A DNA stretch of 64,000 bases, taken from positions 1-64,000 of the forward strand of contig JADIIX010000025.1 in assembly GCA_027604505.1 (NCBI GenBank). Direction: 5' to 3'. Each line of letters opens with the position of its first letter. Position 1 is the first letter of the stretch. The position numbers and the translations under genes were made by a program. Below, piece by piece: positions 1 to 15,432 of this stretch. The notes under the pieces were generated by a model, which saw nothing but the letters and a program-made list of their open reading frames with translations, was not told the origin of the DNA and did no database searches. This DNA is from Gonapodya sp. JEL0774 (taxonomy: Eukaryota).

Positions 1-171
1 ATTTCGTATGTTCCAATATTTAAGTCGCCGAGAATGTGCGTATTATAATTCGATTTCAGTCAACTTTGAAACCCACTATTGGTATCTGGTCCCTTCCCAT
101 TATCGAGGTCTCATTTTGTGTACGGAGGCTGTGCATTGTCTTCTACATTGTGTATGTATGTACAGGAAAAG

Positions 172-2088
172 TCAATTAGACCCTACCCAACCGGGTGTCA
201 AACCGCCAAAACCTCCTATTTCCTCGACTGTATCAACAGTGTGATCCACGATATCCCGTAAAGACAAACGACGAATCAATGGGGAGTGTTCGGGAGTGGT
301 CGGAGAACTGTCTGTGACGGACTGGGAGTGGGATGGACTTTGCGAGCTCACAGTGTGATTCGGGTCCACGCTATTAGCCTCAGCAAATGATAGGCGGCGA
401 CTTGATGAGGAACCCTTCTGTGTATCACCAGAGTCCTCCATGATGACCGACGACCGCCTACTACTATCCACATTTCCTAGTGATTCAGGTTCGTGAACCT
501 GCTGAGCGGTCGGGAGAAATGAGACTGGAGGGTCCGGCGCCAATTCACGGAAAGACCGTTGACGGCCCAGGTTCCGGTGATCATCGAGCGAACCTCGCCG
601 ATTCGATATGAATCCGTTTTGGGTGTTATAGTCCATTGCCGGCGATTGCGAGAAGTGATCGGTGACGTCGGGTTCCAGAGAAGGCACGATGCTGGGGCGA
701 CGATTGAAAGAAGGTGTCCGTCGGGGAGTAACCAATGGGGAACTAGGCACAGCTGGAATCGCTTCAGTTGCGATAGAAATAGCGTCCTCACTCCCCTCCA
801 AGTGCTTATCAACACTTTGATGCTGCGTAAAAGCGACTTTACTCGGCTCGTTGGTCGATGATCGCGAAGTTATTGTCGGTGGTATGGGGAGATGGGGAGG
901 TTGGGACAGACGTAAAGGCGCCGGGAGATGGCGCAGATCTCGAGAAGTGTCTGCGGTAAGAAGAGGACGTGACGATAGCCGAGAGAGAAGTGGGCGGTGC
1001 GGAGCGTGTGTGGATTGTGTGGTGGTGGCGAAAGGGCTGCTCGTGCCATCGGTTACCTCGACGTAGCTCGAGTCTGGGACACCTTCGGAGTCCAAACGTA
1101 CACTCATAGATGTGTCAACGGTCTCGGTGACATTGCTGTTTTCGGTGGTCCTTGCACGTTTCGCTTGTCGTGCGGTGTCTATCGCGAGGGCCTTTGAGAC
1201 GTAGATGTTCCAGACAATCCCTATCGAGTTGGAGAAAGCAATTCGGGAAATTCCGGGATTGATGAACATGTAATTAGCAAGATTCGCGAATGGCCATATG
1301 ACGATCTTCCGATTTGTGGGAATTCGTGGGAAAGATGTCGGCAATCAGAGAATGAGTGCTCCACTGGAGTGTCGCAGACACTCACCCCCTCCATCCAGAC
1401 CTTGTTTCCCAGCTTAGCCCTCGCCTTCAAGTCCTCAACGGTCTTCCCTTCAAGTGCAGCGAGTAATGCAAAGAATATCGGGTTGTGTGGGGACCCAACT
1501 AAGAAGGTGCACGCAGCTTTCCGTACAGACGACCAGAACTTCTGGACAGAAATGCGCTCAGCCGGTGCACTGACAAATCTATCGATGAACCGGAATCCGA
1601 AGTCTAGATGAAGGTGACGAGAATGAGCTGGAAACCCCGAGCTGCTTCCAATCTCCCCCAACACCAACACTCACACCAGTAGGGACCCGAAAAAGTCGCA
1701 CCTGCGAGGACGAGTCGACCAGTTCGCTCCAAGTCAAAGCGTTCTGGCACTGTCCATCGCGTTGAGCCGAGGGATTTCGCGAATTGAATCACGGTGAAAT
1801 GACCTTCACTGCCATCACCGACCGCCGCATCGGACGAGGATGAAGCACTGGCCACCTGGGCGAGGACATCACCGATGCCCACAAGAGTTCCGCTGATCGT
1901 TTTCGAGCGCCGTTGTTCCCAAGAACTTTTTTAGCTTGAAGCGATCTTATGCATATCAGAACTCAAAGACGCGAATCTCGGACTCACGCGGTGATTCCAG
2001 CTTTTACTACTTGAGGTAGATCCTTATACCGATACTTCAGAATGCGAGAGACGGCCGACGGCGCTCCCGCGAAGAGGTTGTGGGTCAT
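172..2088 (-). CDS. Mpv17/PMP22 family membrane protein with long Ser-rich C-terminal tail (spliced)
   Basis: Exons give MTHNLF...VKAGITA|GTLVGIGDVLAQ...RFDLERTGRLVLAGATFSGP...PIFFALLAALEGKTVEDLKAR...IWPFANLANYMFI...RIAFSNSIGIVWNIYVS, the Mpv17/PMP22 pattern. ATG at 2088, GT-AG introns. Confidence 0.85.
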
Positions 2089-2719
2089 TGTGGTCGGTGT
2101 TCGTTCATTTGGGGTAGTCCCCCCCACGCGGTACGGGCCGTGAAAAGTCGCTGGAACGTCAAAGCTTTCACACCCACCACCCCGTCTTCTCTACCCCATT
2201 CATCGGTGTTTCATCGTTTCATGTTTCCGGATGTCGAAGAGCCGCTTGCGAAAGCTTCTAGATCATGTGCAGGCGAACGCCGAAGTAACTATATATTACG
2301 AACGATCAAGTACGCTTAAGGATGAGTGTAAATCAATCACGGGAATACAGATCTGTTCATGGAGCCGTTGGTCACCAAACATGATGTTTGCATTGAAACC
2401 GCCCACTGCCAGCTGCACCAAAACATAAACATGCTATTGTACAATCGGTTGTGCGCAAAATTTCAACTCCTAGCACCCACTGTCAGCAAAAATATGCTGT
2501 ACAGGAGAGGACACGATATTATACACGGCAACGGAGGATGCTAAACTCCCCATGTGAGCTCCTGGTGCGCGTCTGGACGATGCGCCCCCTCTTTCCATCC
2601 TCCAAAGTAAACCTCCCAGATTCAAAAACAAGTGCAAATCACTTTACTTCGATGAAGCTCCAAGGTCGCAGCAAACGAGACGAATTTTGTCATCACTCAG
2701 AGTACGGCACCGGCAAGCC

Positions 2720-4365
2720 TCAGCTTGTTCCACCTGACTTGGCCGCCTTTCTCATCCCTGATTTAAGCCGGCCACCAACGAGCTCGAGAGGAGTGGATGA
2801 CACTGCGAGTTCGCGATTCGTAACGCTTGAAGAGGTACGACGCCGGGGGTGATGTTCTACTCCCATGCCTGAATCGTTGCTTCCAGCGCTTTCACTCGCC
2901 TCGATCACGAACTCAGGGAATATTTGGGCACCGTAGTCGACTTCTAGAGAAGGCGTGACGAAGTCGAGAGAGCGTGACCTTTGTGACCGCCGTGTCCCAG
3001 ATTTAGCCACACCAGCGGTCGAGTCGTTGTGCCCCCCGTGGTTGAGCCAGCATGACGACTATGGCACCGAGAAGAACGGCCCTTCTGCAACTCATATATA
3101 CTTAGAAGAAGTAGAAGGAGAAGACAGTAGATATAAGTACCATTCGACATTTTCTGATGTGAAGCTGTGCCTACCTAGCTCTGGACGTGCTGATATCCCG
3201 TCTACTATCTCCTTTCGACGCATGAGTCCGGCGATGACGGGACAGAGCAGACGACTATGACGATCGCCGACAGTTCACGCCCGGAGCCGGCCGAGCGGAT
3301 CAGTCAGAATACCTGAGGTCCATTCGATCTTCCTCATTGTTACTCTCACTTCCGCGAACGCTCTTTGACACTCTACTACTTCGCACTTGTGCGGTTTCTC
3401 CCCAGTGTGGGTTTGCTGGTGCTTCTTCAATTGAAAGAAAGGTACCAAAAGGCCTTTCCACACCCAGGCCAAGGACCTGCAGAAGAGCAGAGAATCGTTG
3501 GAGCGGCGGTCAGCATCGTACACACAATATACTGGGTGACATGTCACTTGCGGCGGTCACAAAAAGGAGCTTCCAACTGTGATACCCTCGCTGTAATCCG
3601 AGAGCTTACATGGAAATTGCTTTACGCCAGTGTGCGCTTTCCTGTGCCGGCTTACGTCACCTTTCGGGTGTAGGATCTATCACACCCAACCCATGGACAG
3701 TCATGTCTTGGTTTCCCACTTGAGTCCTTATGTGCCGGGGTTATCGGGCGTGTATGGTTGACTCGTTTGGTTGGAGACAGAGAGTTTGGAAGAGACGAGC
3801 TCGATGCTTGAGAATGACTAGAGCTCACACTTGAAGTTGCGCCATCAGAAAGCTTCGCGGTAACATCATGGCATGGGTTGTGGAAGGTATTGTCGGTTTG
3901 CGATGTGGACGACCAGTAATATTTGCGGATAGGCGTGGAGAATACCGTACGATTCTGGATGACATTCTTGGAAATACAATTGGTGGCCACGAAACTGCTG
4001 TGTAGCAATGTGAATTCCGGATGTGGCCGAGTTTGTCAAGCACCTGGCCGGGTCAACAATCGGGTTACGCGAGTAATATGGTGCAAATATCAGTTCCGGA
4101 GCACATGATCTGGAAAAGCCAAATGACCGTGATCGCGTATTGTCCCTTGTCCAAAACATTGGCTGTCAGGTCAGACCTCCGCTTGTGACCATTGTTGTGG
4201 AATGGGAGCTAATTGTAGGTGGTCATAGTGCGGTTTCGTGGGGTTAGGGCTTTTCCAAGGGCGAAAGCTGCCCACCCAAAGTACGGGAATATCCTGCACT
4301 CGTTGAGCTGGATTCTTGGGCCGGAGTGAGATGCAAGTCTGAGCGGGCGAGAGGTTGTGGTGCAT
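2720..4365 (-). CDS. C2H2 zinc-finger transcription factor (about 3 fingers, spliced; both ends approximate)
   Basis: CPWVGCDRSYTRK, LKKHQQTHTGEKPHKCEVVECQRAFAE|SSALSRHRRTH with a TGEKP linker. Confidence 0.8.
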
Positions 4366-4955
4366 GTTCCCAGGTCTCTGCAGCACACGAGCCAGAATCG
4401 AACAAGGTTGGTGAAATAAATTTACCCTGATTTGGGGACAACGAACACAGGCACAAATCTTCTAATGATGTCAAACTTTAGAATTTGGCTGAACCCTTTC
4501 GCGACCAAGAGCCGCCTGCACTGCGGCACTCAGATTAGCGATTCGTCTTTGTTCCCATACGCGTCCTCTTCATTTGATCTACTTGAAGTCATTCCAACAC
4601 ACGCGTAGTGATTTCATCATTCAATGGTGCAGTATGAGAAGCAGACTACTGCGATCAAGCCGCTGTTTGGGAGCGCGCACTACAATAGGGTCACAGTCGA
4701 GTTGGGTTGGCGTCCAAGAAGAAAGATCTGCAACAAGTGAAATGTAGCAACAGAATACAGTTGAATTTATGCTATAATTCCCATTCTCTATTTTCAGAGA
4801 TTCTTTCGTGCTGTGGGCATTACAAACAAGACTAAGGTGGCTGTATCGTACATATATAAAAGACCCAGCGTCTGATTGAACTTACATATGTCGAGAGCAG
4901 ACAGTTCACCAGGCATTCAGAAAGCAAAGTGTCATTCCTTGCGTACTTCAAGTTC

Positions 4956-7021
4956 ATGTCTAGAGAAGAAAGCTTGATTGAGGCCGTCGAGCTCGGAAAC
5001 GTCGCCCGAGTCCGGCAACTCCTGTCCGACGGACTCAACCCAAACGACGCACGGAAGCGAGTCACGCTGTCCGTCACGCTCGGCCAGACCACCAGAACCG
5101 ACACAGCGGAGTGCGAATCTGCTCTGGCGCTTGCCATCATGCACGGCCATGTGGACATCGTTCGTCTCTTGCTCACTCACGGTGCGGACCCAACGACACC
5201 GTGCGAGTGGCGTATTTCCAACTGGGTTCCTCCCCGCAACGAGGACGACTGGAACGTCAAACGCTGGTACTACACGTTTTCTTTCCCATGCGCTCTGACT
5301 CTGGCGATCGCACGTGGAGGCACCTGGACCTGGTCGACTGGAAAGACTTTTGACGCTCCCGATTCCAACGGGGATCTCGCGGTCAACAAACAGGGCGGAC
5401 ACGTCCATGTGGTCAATCCTAGAAGGTGGCAAGACAACCATATCGAGTTTCTGCTCCGTCCCTTGCTTCCCATTGTCTCTGTCCTCCTCCAGCACGGCGC
5501 ACACATTTCCGACGCGGTGTTGGATGCTGCTCGCAAGCAACCAGACCCATCTTTTCTGGAAGCTATTGAACAGCACCAGATGACTGTGAAGAGCAGGTCG
5601 CTCAACACAGAGAGACCACTCCACATGATCGCCGAACTACCCACGCCACCCTTGCTTGCGGAACCCCCGATCCAGCTCCCACTCCCTCCAACGCCAAACG
5701 AAACCGCTGCCGGTGCCGCCTCCGCCTCCGCCACTCAATCCACTGAAACTCTCCTCGCCCTTCTCGCCGCCCAAGTCCGCAAGAACGACGATCTTTCCAT
5801 CCAAATCGACGCCCTCAAAGCCCGCAACGAGGATCTTTCCGTCAGATCGGCCGTCTCGGAGATCCGTACCGCCGAATTCGAGCGCCGCGTCGCCGACCTC
5901 ACCACCGACAACGCCCATCTGAAATCATCCATCCGTCAGCTCGAGGCCCAGGCGGCCACCCACATCGCCCGAATCGCAGCGCTGGAACTCGAAATCTCCA
6001 CGTTGCGATCCACCTCTCGCCCGACCCAATCGCATCGAGATGTCAGTCCTTCAGCAGAACCGTCCCGCGCACCTCTGCCACCTTACACCATCGACAAGGT
6101 CATGTACGCCGTCGCCGATTTCCAAGCGCGGGACACGGACGAGATGAGCGTCGCGGTGGGAGATGCGATCCACGTCTCGCTAGGATTCGCCGACGGATGG
6201 GGATTGGTGGGTTGGTCTGTTGTAACGGCTCGGTTGATCGTCGGAGTTGTTGTGCCGCGGGGAATGGGCGACGAATCGGTACAGTTCCCGTCGCCATCTC
6301 GGATCAAGATCTCACCTCCCGGCTGCCCCCCCACCCGCAACAGGGTTTCAACTCCACATCCGGTATCTCCGGTGCCTTCCCCCTCGCTTGCGTCAGCTCA
6401 CGGCCTTCTGACACGGTACTTGACTCCGGTCCGCAACCAACTCACCACACCACCACCTCCCTCACCATCCGCTACGAATCCCGCCTCGGCGCACCTCACT
6501 CCTACCTCCCCCAAATGACCCACTCTGTCCCAAACCTGGCTTCGCCTTCTTACCCACTCTACCCGCCCGCCGACGTCCTCGGCCCTCCTCGCCCCCGACT
6601 CAACCCGAGCGGTCCGTGGCCGCCGCCTTGGCGGGACCTGCATGCGACGGAGCATCGTGAGGGAGGATTCCAGAGTGGAGCCGTGCAGACCGGTCGGAGG
6701 AACGGAGCTGGTGGACGGTTTGAGAACGAGAGTACGAATTCTGTGGACTCGACTCCAGACGCGAGGAGTGCAAGACCGACCGTTATGAGCTCCTCGCGGG
6801 TCGGACTACGGTACGTACAGATTTTGCATGCACATGTGTGCCTGGAGCAACGCCCGGCTGAGATGCCTTTGTTTTGGTGTGCGTTGCGTGCGTTGTCTGG
6901 CGCGCGGGCAACCGGTCATATATATTACGGTCTATGCGACGTACGCAGGTCTCGCTCCACCCTTCCGTCCCTTCCCGTATCTCCACCGGGATCCACGACG
7001 TTCTCCGGCACACGCGTATAA
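4956..7021 (+). CDS. Ankyrin-repeat / coiled-coil / SH3 domain protein (3' end uncertain)
   Basis: Ankyrin motifs LIEAVELGNVARVRQLLSDG and ALALAIMHGHVDIVRLLLTHGAD; heptad region at about 5760-6010; SH3 YAVADFQARDTDEMSVAVGD...DGWGL|GFN...GAFPLACV across an intron at about 6207-6343. Confidence 0.85.
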
Positions 7022-7768
7022 CAAGCAACGACTTGACGCTGCGCCGGGCCCACACGGATATATATATGTAAACTCTGTGTTCGGTCGGCGTTACATAATT
7101 GGTCCGTGGGCACAGTCAGTGCGCGCGGTGTGCACCGTCGGCGTGCCGACGAGCGTACGGAGCCCGCTCGAGGTACACGCTCTGAATCACAATAGTGCGC
7201 TCTCTGTAGTGGTAATACTCGGGGTTAGCTCAGCTCCATCAGGACATTGGTGACTTTTCCCGAGCCATGTATTGTGCGGTCCGGTCCTGTTCTTGCCTCT
7301 GACGTCATCGGTGGAGACCCATTTTGTTAACCGGGGTTGACTGATTGGTGGAAGCTTCACAGAGGATCGAGCAGACGGACGGAATCCTTGTAATATATGC
7401 GAACCAGCGAGCAACCCAGGAACCTCACGTGTGAGCTCGTGCTTTTTCGCTCTCTCTCTCTCTGACAGAGCATTTCCCTTTATTTTTGTGTTCACGATGC
7501 ATTTATTATCATAATTATTCCACCCTTTCACTCGAGTCTTGAATAACGCAGTTATAATCTATTTATCCCGACATTTCACCTCGAGTTTTGCTGTTGCGAT
7601 TTGTTTCTACACATGTAGACGTTTGAGAATTATCAAGCTCGACGACCTACGGAGGTGGCTGGTCAATACATCGACTATCAGAATTCTTTGAATGTGATAC
7701 CAATTTTCACGTGCATATATCCGCTGTGAATGTATAACATTAATAATTGCATCATTGCATCATTTTAG

Positions 7769-9588
<1,820 letters not shown>

Positions 9589-10953
9589 GTTTTGGTTGTT
9601 TTGCCGGTGAAGTGGATTGTCGGTGTGGGGGTGATGAGTGCGGAAAACGAAAGTCCAGCTTATCGAATCTCGATGGAATGGCTCATTCGCCCCACGTGTT
9701 CCCTTTCTCTCTCTCCATTCCCATCCACACCGGGCAACCATGCTCGAACATGCAACCCGTGCCGATCCAGTCCCCCGGCCAACCCCAACCCTGCTGGCGC
9801 GTCGCGCCCCATCTCGTCGTTGTGAGAAACCCGTGATATGATTTTGTGTGTGTGTGTGGTGCGGCGGTTCCAGACGAGCGCACTTGTCCAACGGTTCTGT
9901 CGTGGATCAGACGGATGTTAGCGGGGTGGCATCAACTCCGGGCTTGCTTGCAGTTACCCGATCGAGAAACGTACGTGGGACGTGGTGAGAGACGGACCCG
10001 GCATGATTGTAGTGTACCAGAGCGCGCCGCGTCGTTCCCGTGTCTCTGAATAGTATGCAGCTACGTAGACTATAGATCCAACATCCCAAAGTACACGGGG
10101 CACAGAAGGTGGCCGGTGCCAAGTGACGTCCCATGTCCTCTTGGGTATCACCGTGGCTCCAAACACCATCACAATCACAACCCGTCGGGCGCAAATTGTC
10201 GTCAATACCTTCTCCGTAGCAAAATCGAGGCTCCCACCCAGCCGAAGGGTGTCCCTATGAGGTGTGCAGGGCACGCACCACCGTCCGCACCAAACGGCTC
10301 CACCGTGTAGGGTGTACATGTATATGGTAGCTCTTGTTCTTCTCATGATCATGCACAGTCTGTTTTTGAGCGCAATGTTATCTCGGTTCGTGCGTCCCTG
10401 GATCTGCGCCTGCCAGGTGTGAAGGGTTCAGAGTATCTCCATGATCAAGCACACCGTCGCACCATTGGCGTTCACATATGTGTACTTTGTCGTGCGTCCA
10501 AGATGCAAAAGTTTATGTATGTACAGTACAATAAAAATATCGAAATAAGCTCTGAAGGGTGGAAAAGTACGGCTCCAAGGCGGAGGCAGAAAGTGAGGGT
10601 GTGCCACGAATATCGCGAAGATAGGACATATCAAGAAGGAAGGCCAAGAAAGTAAAAGGCAAGCCAATAGAAACTACAACACACACGAAAGTATGCACAA
10701 GGGTGGCCGGTGGAGGTAAGTGAGGGAACGAACAGGGAATGGAAGGTCGAAGCAGAACAAGGTAACGACAAAAGGAAAATATCCACATGCACCAGCGAGA
10801 CGTCCACCGAGCCAATACAGAGCAGTTCTTTCGGTGCATACAGCGTCTTTCCACGACTGTCCTTTCTTGTCTGTGTGTGTGTCTGTGTGTGTTTGCGATC
10901 GGCTGCGTCCCGTTAGCTCCTGATCCCGCGTTCTCCTCTCCCATTCCAACCCC

Positions 10954-12529
10954 TCAACCCGCCGTCATCCCAACCACCATCCCAACTCCAAACGTAACTC
11001 CGAGCGCCACCAGTCCACCGAGGAGGACTCTCAGGGCCGCGACACCCGCTGGTGCCCCGCCAAGTCGGGCGCCGAGTGCACCAAATGCGAGGAGGGCGAG
11101 TGCAGCGATGGCGGTGATAGAGGCGAGGAGGAGGGCGGGTGTGGGGGATGGGTGGTCTGGGTCGGGGGAGGGAGTAATGGACGATGCCGCAGCGGCTGCG
11201 CACACGATGGCCGCTGTGACGATGGGCACGACGCCCCCGGCAGCAAACGAGACGAGCGACGAGATTGTCGCCTGCCAAGGATCGGCCAGATCCTCTGTAT
11301 CGATGCCCAACTCGTCGCGGGCGTGGATCTTGACGAGATCCTCCACGGACCCCGACGTCGTGTGGAAGTGTTCCGCTATGCGCCGAGCGAGGTGGTGTGG
11401 GAGACCTCGGGATATGTAGATTGAGGTGAGTTCGTCGAGTTCGCTGTGGTGGGGGTGAGGCGTGCGGAGGAACTCGGTGCGTTCGCGTGCGAGGTCGGCT
11501 TGTTCGGCGTCGCGTTGGGACCAGACGGAGACGTATTCGCCTGTGGTGATTGTCCGAGGGAAAGGTGAGTTGGTGTGCAGGAGGAGAGGATCGAGGAGGG
11601 AATTGAGGCAATTTGAGAATATGATTATATCACGAGGATAGAATGCCGGTCATGGTCCGTCAAAGGGTACCAAACGACTCCATGGTCACGTCCTTCTCCC
11701 ACCATCGTCAGATTCCATGATGATTCCACGACCACTCCACGTATGTTTCCCACACCGAGCGCCATGACGGCTCTGGCAACACCCAGTGTCACAACCCACG
11801 GCCCACACGAACCCCTTTCACTGATCTTCTCTCCGACCACTCAACTCACCAACCGCCATACTGAGTGCCCCCGCGACGAGGGCCGAGAGGCCAGAAAGGA
11901 ATATAATGTGAGCATCGGCACCGCCCGCAGCGACGCCGAGCATGAGTGCGGCGACTGAGACCAAGCCGTCGTTGGCGCCGAGTACGGCGGCGCGCAGCTG
12001 TGAGGGGGAATAAGGTAGGGAAGGGGGTGGGGATAAGAGGAGTAGAAGGGCCGGGGTCGAGTATTGAAATATCATCGGAGTACGGGATTGCAAGGAGAAT
12101 GAGGAACAACAGAAGTAGATGAGAAACACGCGACCACCCCGTGCAACTCGGGGAGAATCTATTTACCCATGGCGCTCTGTGCGAGTAGTGCATGTCGACG
12201 TGCTGGTATTGAGTGCGGTGTGGCGTGACTGCGGTCGCATCGGACGCTCCCAGATCCATCAGCGACGGCGGCGACAACGACAGCGACAACAGCGGCGAGA
12301 GAGTCGGCGACGTGTCCGGTGTGGCCGTTGCCGTGTGGGAGTGCGTCGACCGTGTGTCGTCTGTCCCGCTCGAATCCACAACGCGACAAGTCCCCGTCCT
12401 AGTCGACCCCACGGCGCCTGCCTGCGCACCAGAGGCCGAATCACCGAGACTGCCACATATCGATACAAACGGTGTGTGAGTTGGAGATGCGTCGGTGTTT
12501 GCCTGTTCGTTCCCCTCGGTGCTCGCCAT
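10954..12529 (-). CDS. VIT1/CCC1 family Fe/Mn transporter, copy 1 (2 introns)
   Basis: HYSHRAPW|LRAAVLGANDGLVS...LVAGALSMAVG|EYVSVWSQRDAE...ELDELTSIY...HARDELGID...PWQA, followed by hydrophobic helices. Confidence 0.93.
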
Positions 12530-13823
12530 CGTTGCTTTCCGTGTACCGAGCGCAAAATTACTCAAAGGAGAAAACCCCACAAGATAAAAGACTCAGAACT
12601 CGATTTGTCTTCCCGCCTTCGCCTTTCGATTTCTCCAGCTCCTTTTTCTTCTTTTCTTCGTGTCCGTGTCTGTCGCAGAGTCGCCACTCTGCCGAACTTT
12701 TGACTTGACGTGTCTGCCCCTCCGGCACCGGCAGGTAACGAGAAGGACGCTAAAACGAGGTCCCACCCCCCTACAAAACCCCTTTATGGCTGATCCCGGA
12801 TTTGCCGCTTTACGTTGGGTCACCAATTGCGTATCCACTCAGTCATATTTTCCAACGCGTAAATAAACTTTTGCCTCAAACAAATCTTCCTGTACGCACG
12901 GTGGGTGTGAACTTTATGTTCATTTATGAGCGGACATGATCACGTGTACTGTTGGTGTCAGGTCTATTCGGTACCCGAGAAGAACAGATTAGACCGGATT
13001 CAACTCTGACCCTTGTTTGTCTGACGTAACTCTGACATCGGTATCAATTCCTCCACTCCTCTGTACCAGTCCTGATCCCAAGACCAATCAGCAATCACTC
13101 TTCGTAGCGAATCACCGTGGAGTAAATGGCGCGCGTGTGGCTCGAGTGGCAAAGCATTTACCGTTCACGTCACGCTCCACTTCATGTGTATAATAGTGTC
13201 ATGGAGGTTGTGCGGATGCCAAATGTGCCAAATAATTGTAACCGGGCTGGATGAAGATAACCTTGACACAGCTGACACCAAGCTGAAGGCGGCGAGGGAA
13301 TGATCCCGCACTCTCACACCAGCTACTGTGTAAGGATCTTTTCAGTCGAAACATGCACATACCCGCACATGAAGCTGAACCGTGGATCTCATGGTGGTGC
13401 CACGACTCATCCCTCGCCTCGAGTCCGGAGAGAGTTGCTTCGCCCTTGAACCAACGCACCAGCACAATCTCACGCCATCTGATCCCTGAACCACAGTGTG
13501 CTTGGGCTGGGTAAAAAGGTTGTTGATGGCGGACGAATTGAATCATATACTGACTATTACAGCGCCATTTCTTGCTCATTCAATTTTGCAGTATCTGCAT
13601 GATTTAGCAAGCACATTGTAGGCTACTAGAGATATACCATGCATTGCTGGTCACCGTCAATCTTCATGATGACGGAAGGATCAAGCTTCACGTCCCCCCC
13701 TCCACCCCCCCGCCCCCTTCCCGCATTTGTCACAATGGAAACGGGGTATCAAAATAGCCGCACTATAGTCATTGGATGTTTGAATACGTTTCCATGCTAT
13801 AGTATATATGCAGACGTTACTCC

Positions 13824-15233
13824 TCAATTCAGATCCGTTATGGGTTGTTCAGTGTTAATTCTCTCCGGTCCCACTGCCACCCTTGTCACTTCCGAAGTTC
13901 CGTCCCACCCCCAACACTTTGCCCTCAACTGTGTGGGATCCACCCCAAATCTACGTCCTGGTGGCGGGGCCATTGCGGGCATCTCCCTCCAAACGCTGCC
14001 AACACCAGGCCGGGCAGCCAATTGCACAACGCATCTAGCAGGCGCCTCTTTGAGCAGGCAATCCAGCAAATTCCGCAGTCTTCCGAGGTGGTTGACTATA
14101 TTGTAGTGGTGTAAAGTGATTTTGACGACAAGGCGTCTCAGTGAAGGAAGCAGTCGCATGAGATCTTTTGCGATGAGTCTGACGTCAATTTCAGAGTCCG
14201 AGGAGCCATAATCATTTATGATGGGAATCTGTACGTGGAATACTCGAACAGTGGCCAATGGCTGACATGACGCACTCTCTGGCAACAGCCTGGTGGACCG
14301 ACCTGGGGCAAACACCAAAGGGAGCGTTCCAAGCTCTTGCAGACTTGGAAACATAAGAGGGGCTTGGAAAAAGGACTCTCGTAACTGAATATCGTGTTCG
14401 GGCGGAGGTGCGAACGGAGGTGGGGGTTGCGGTGCGTCGAGCATGAGTGAAGAAATACGAGCCCGCTGAGTCTCCGATATCGCTAACCGTCCCTGAACTA
14501 TTGCTTCCTGGAAGAAGCGACTCCCCAACGGGAAATAACAGTGGCCAGAAAGAGCGATAAGGGACGGAAAGCTCGCCAAGGTGGTTCGAATCAACCTCGT
14601 ACACTCTTGAGCGTCCCGCACAGTTTTGGGACCAGTAACTCGTGTCACTGAATCCATCGCCAAGCTATTTTGAAAGTTCTGCAGCAATATCCATCCTCCT
14701 GCCATGTCGGTGAGGTTAAAATTGGGGACCTTGTTCTTCCTTGTAAACTCTAGCAGCGGTTGAAGGGATCTAATCTCGTCTCCGACGTCCGTTGGGGAGA
14801 CTTCCGCTACAACGATCGACCGTCGCAATCGATCTTCGAGACCAGCGTACTTGGGATAATTCGAACATAATACACCGCTCAACGCTTGCGCTTTGATGCG
14901 GACAAGTAAGTCCGCTGCACTCTCCCACTTCGATTTAATACAAATCGAGAGTGAAAGACAAGTCCATATGGAGTCTCCTGATGTGTGTTGAATGCCAATG
15001 AACCGGTCCAATGACCTGGACAAATAGTCGAAAGCAAAATCCACGTCCACCGTTCCGACGCCGTTCACAGCGACATAGCACGCTACTGCGACATCGTTTC
15101 CTGCGCATCCGGGTATGGCGTCCAGGGAAGCGCTGTACAAGCTTCGGGAGAGTCGGGGTATGACCGAATAGTAAGTTTTAGGCGGAAGAAACCGAAGAAT
15201 ACGGTGCAGGATTTCCAGCGGAAGGTTTTCCAT
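13824..15233 (-). CDS. F-box domain protein (single long ORF)
   Basis: N-terminal MENLPLEILHRILRFLP...IPRLSRSLY F-box motif; LRR-like FPSL motifs downstream; uninterrupted ORF of about 470 aa. Confidence 0.7.
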   Translation of the reverse strand: MENLPLEILHRILRFLPPKTYYSVIPRLSRSLYSASLDAIPGCAGNDVAVACYVAVNGVGTVDVDFAFDYLSRSLDRFIGIQHTSGDSIWTCLSLSICIKSKWESAADLLVRIKAQALSGVLCSNYPKYAGLEDRLRRSIVVAEVSPTDVGDEIRSLQPLLEFTRKNKVPNFNLTDMAGGWILLQNFQNSLAMDSVTRVTGPKTVRDAQECTRLIRTTLASFPSLIALSGHCYFPLGSRFFQEAIVQGRLAISETQRARISSLMLDAPQPPPPFAPPPEHDIQLRESFFQAPLMFPSLQELGTLPLVFAPGRSTRLLPESASCQPLATVRVFHVQIPIINDYGSSDSEIDVRLIAKDLMRLLPSLRRLVVKITLHHYNIVNHLGRLRNLLDCLLKEAPARCVVQLAARPGVGSVWREMPAMAPPPGRRFGVDPTQLRAKCWGWDGTSEVTRVAVGPERINTEQPITDLN

Positions 15234-15432
15234 GATGTAAAGAGCGCCCACGCTCTATACGTTGGCTGCACTGTGTTAGGATCGTGAATTATTATATTGT
15301 GGTCATCGGATCTGGACTTGTACGTAAGTGGATGGTGCACGGTAATTTTAGCCGTTTCCACTGAGAGGAAAAAGTTCATTTCAAAACGCATTCTCGCCTA
15401 TGTTATCTCGCAGTATCTCATCTTCTCTTAAT

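Noticed and set aside
7221..7260. GGGGTTAGCTCAGCT resembling a tRNA 5' end
   Set aside because: No D-loop GG, T-loop GTTCRA or matching acceptor stem follows.
9846..10891. (GT)n tracts at about 9846 and 10873, and (CT)n near 7450
   Set aside because: Short microsatellites in UTR or intergenic DNA.
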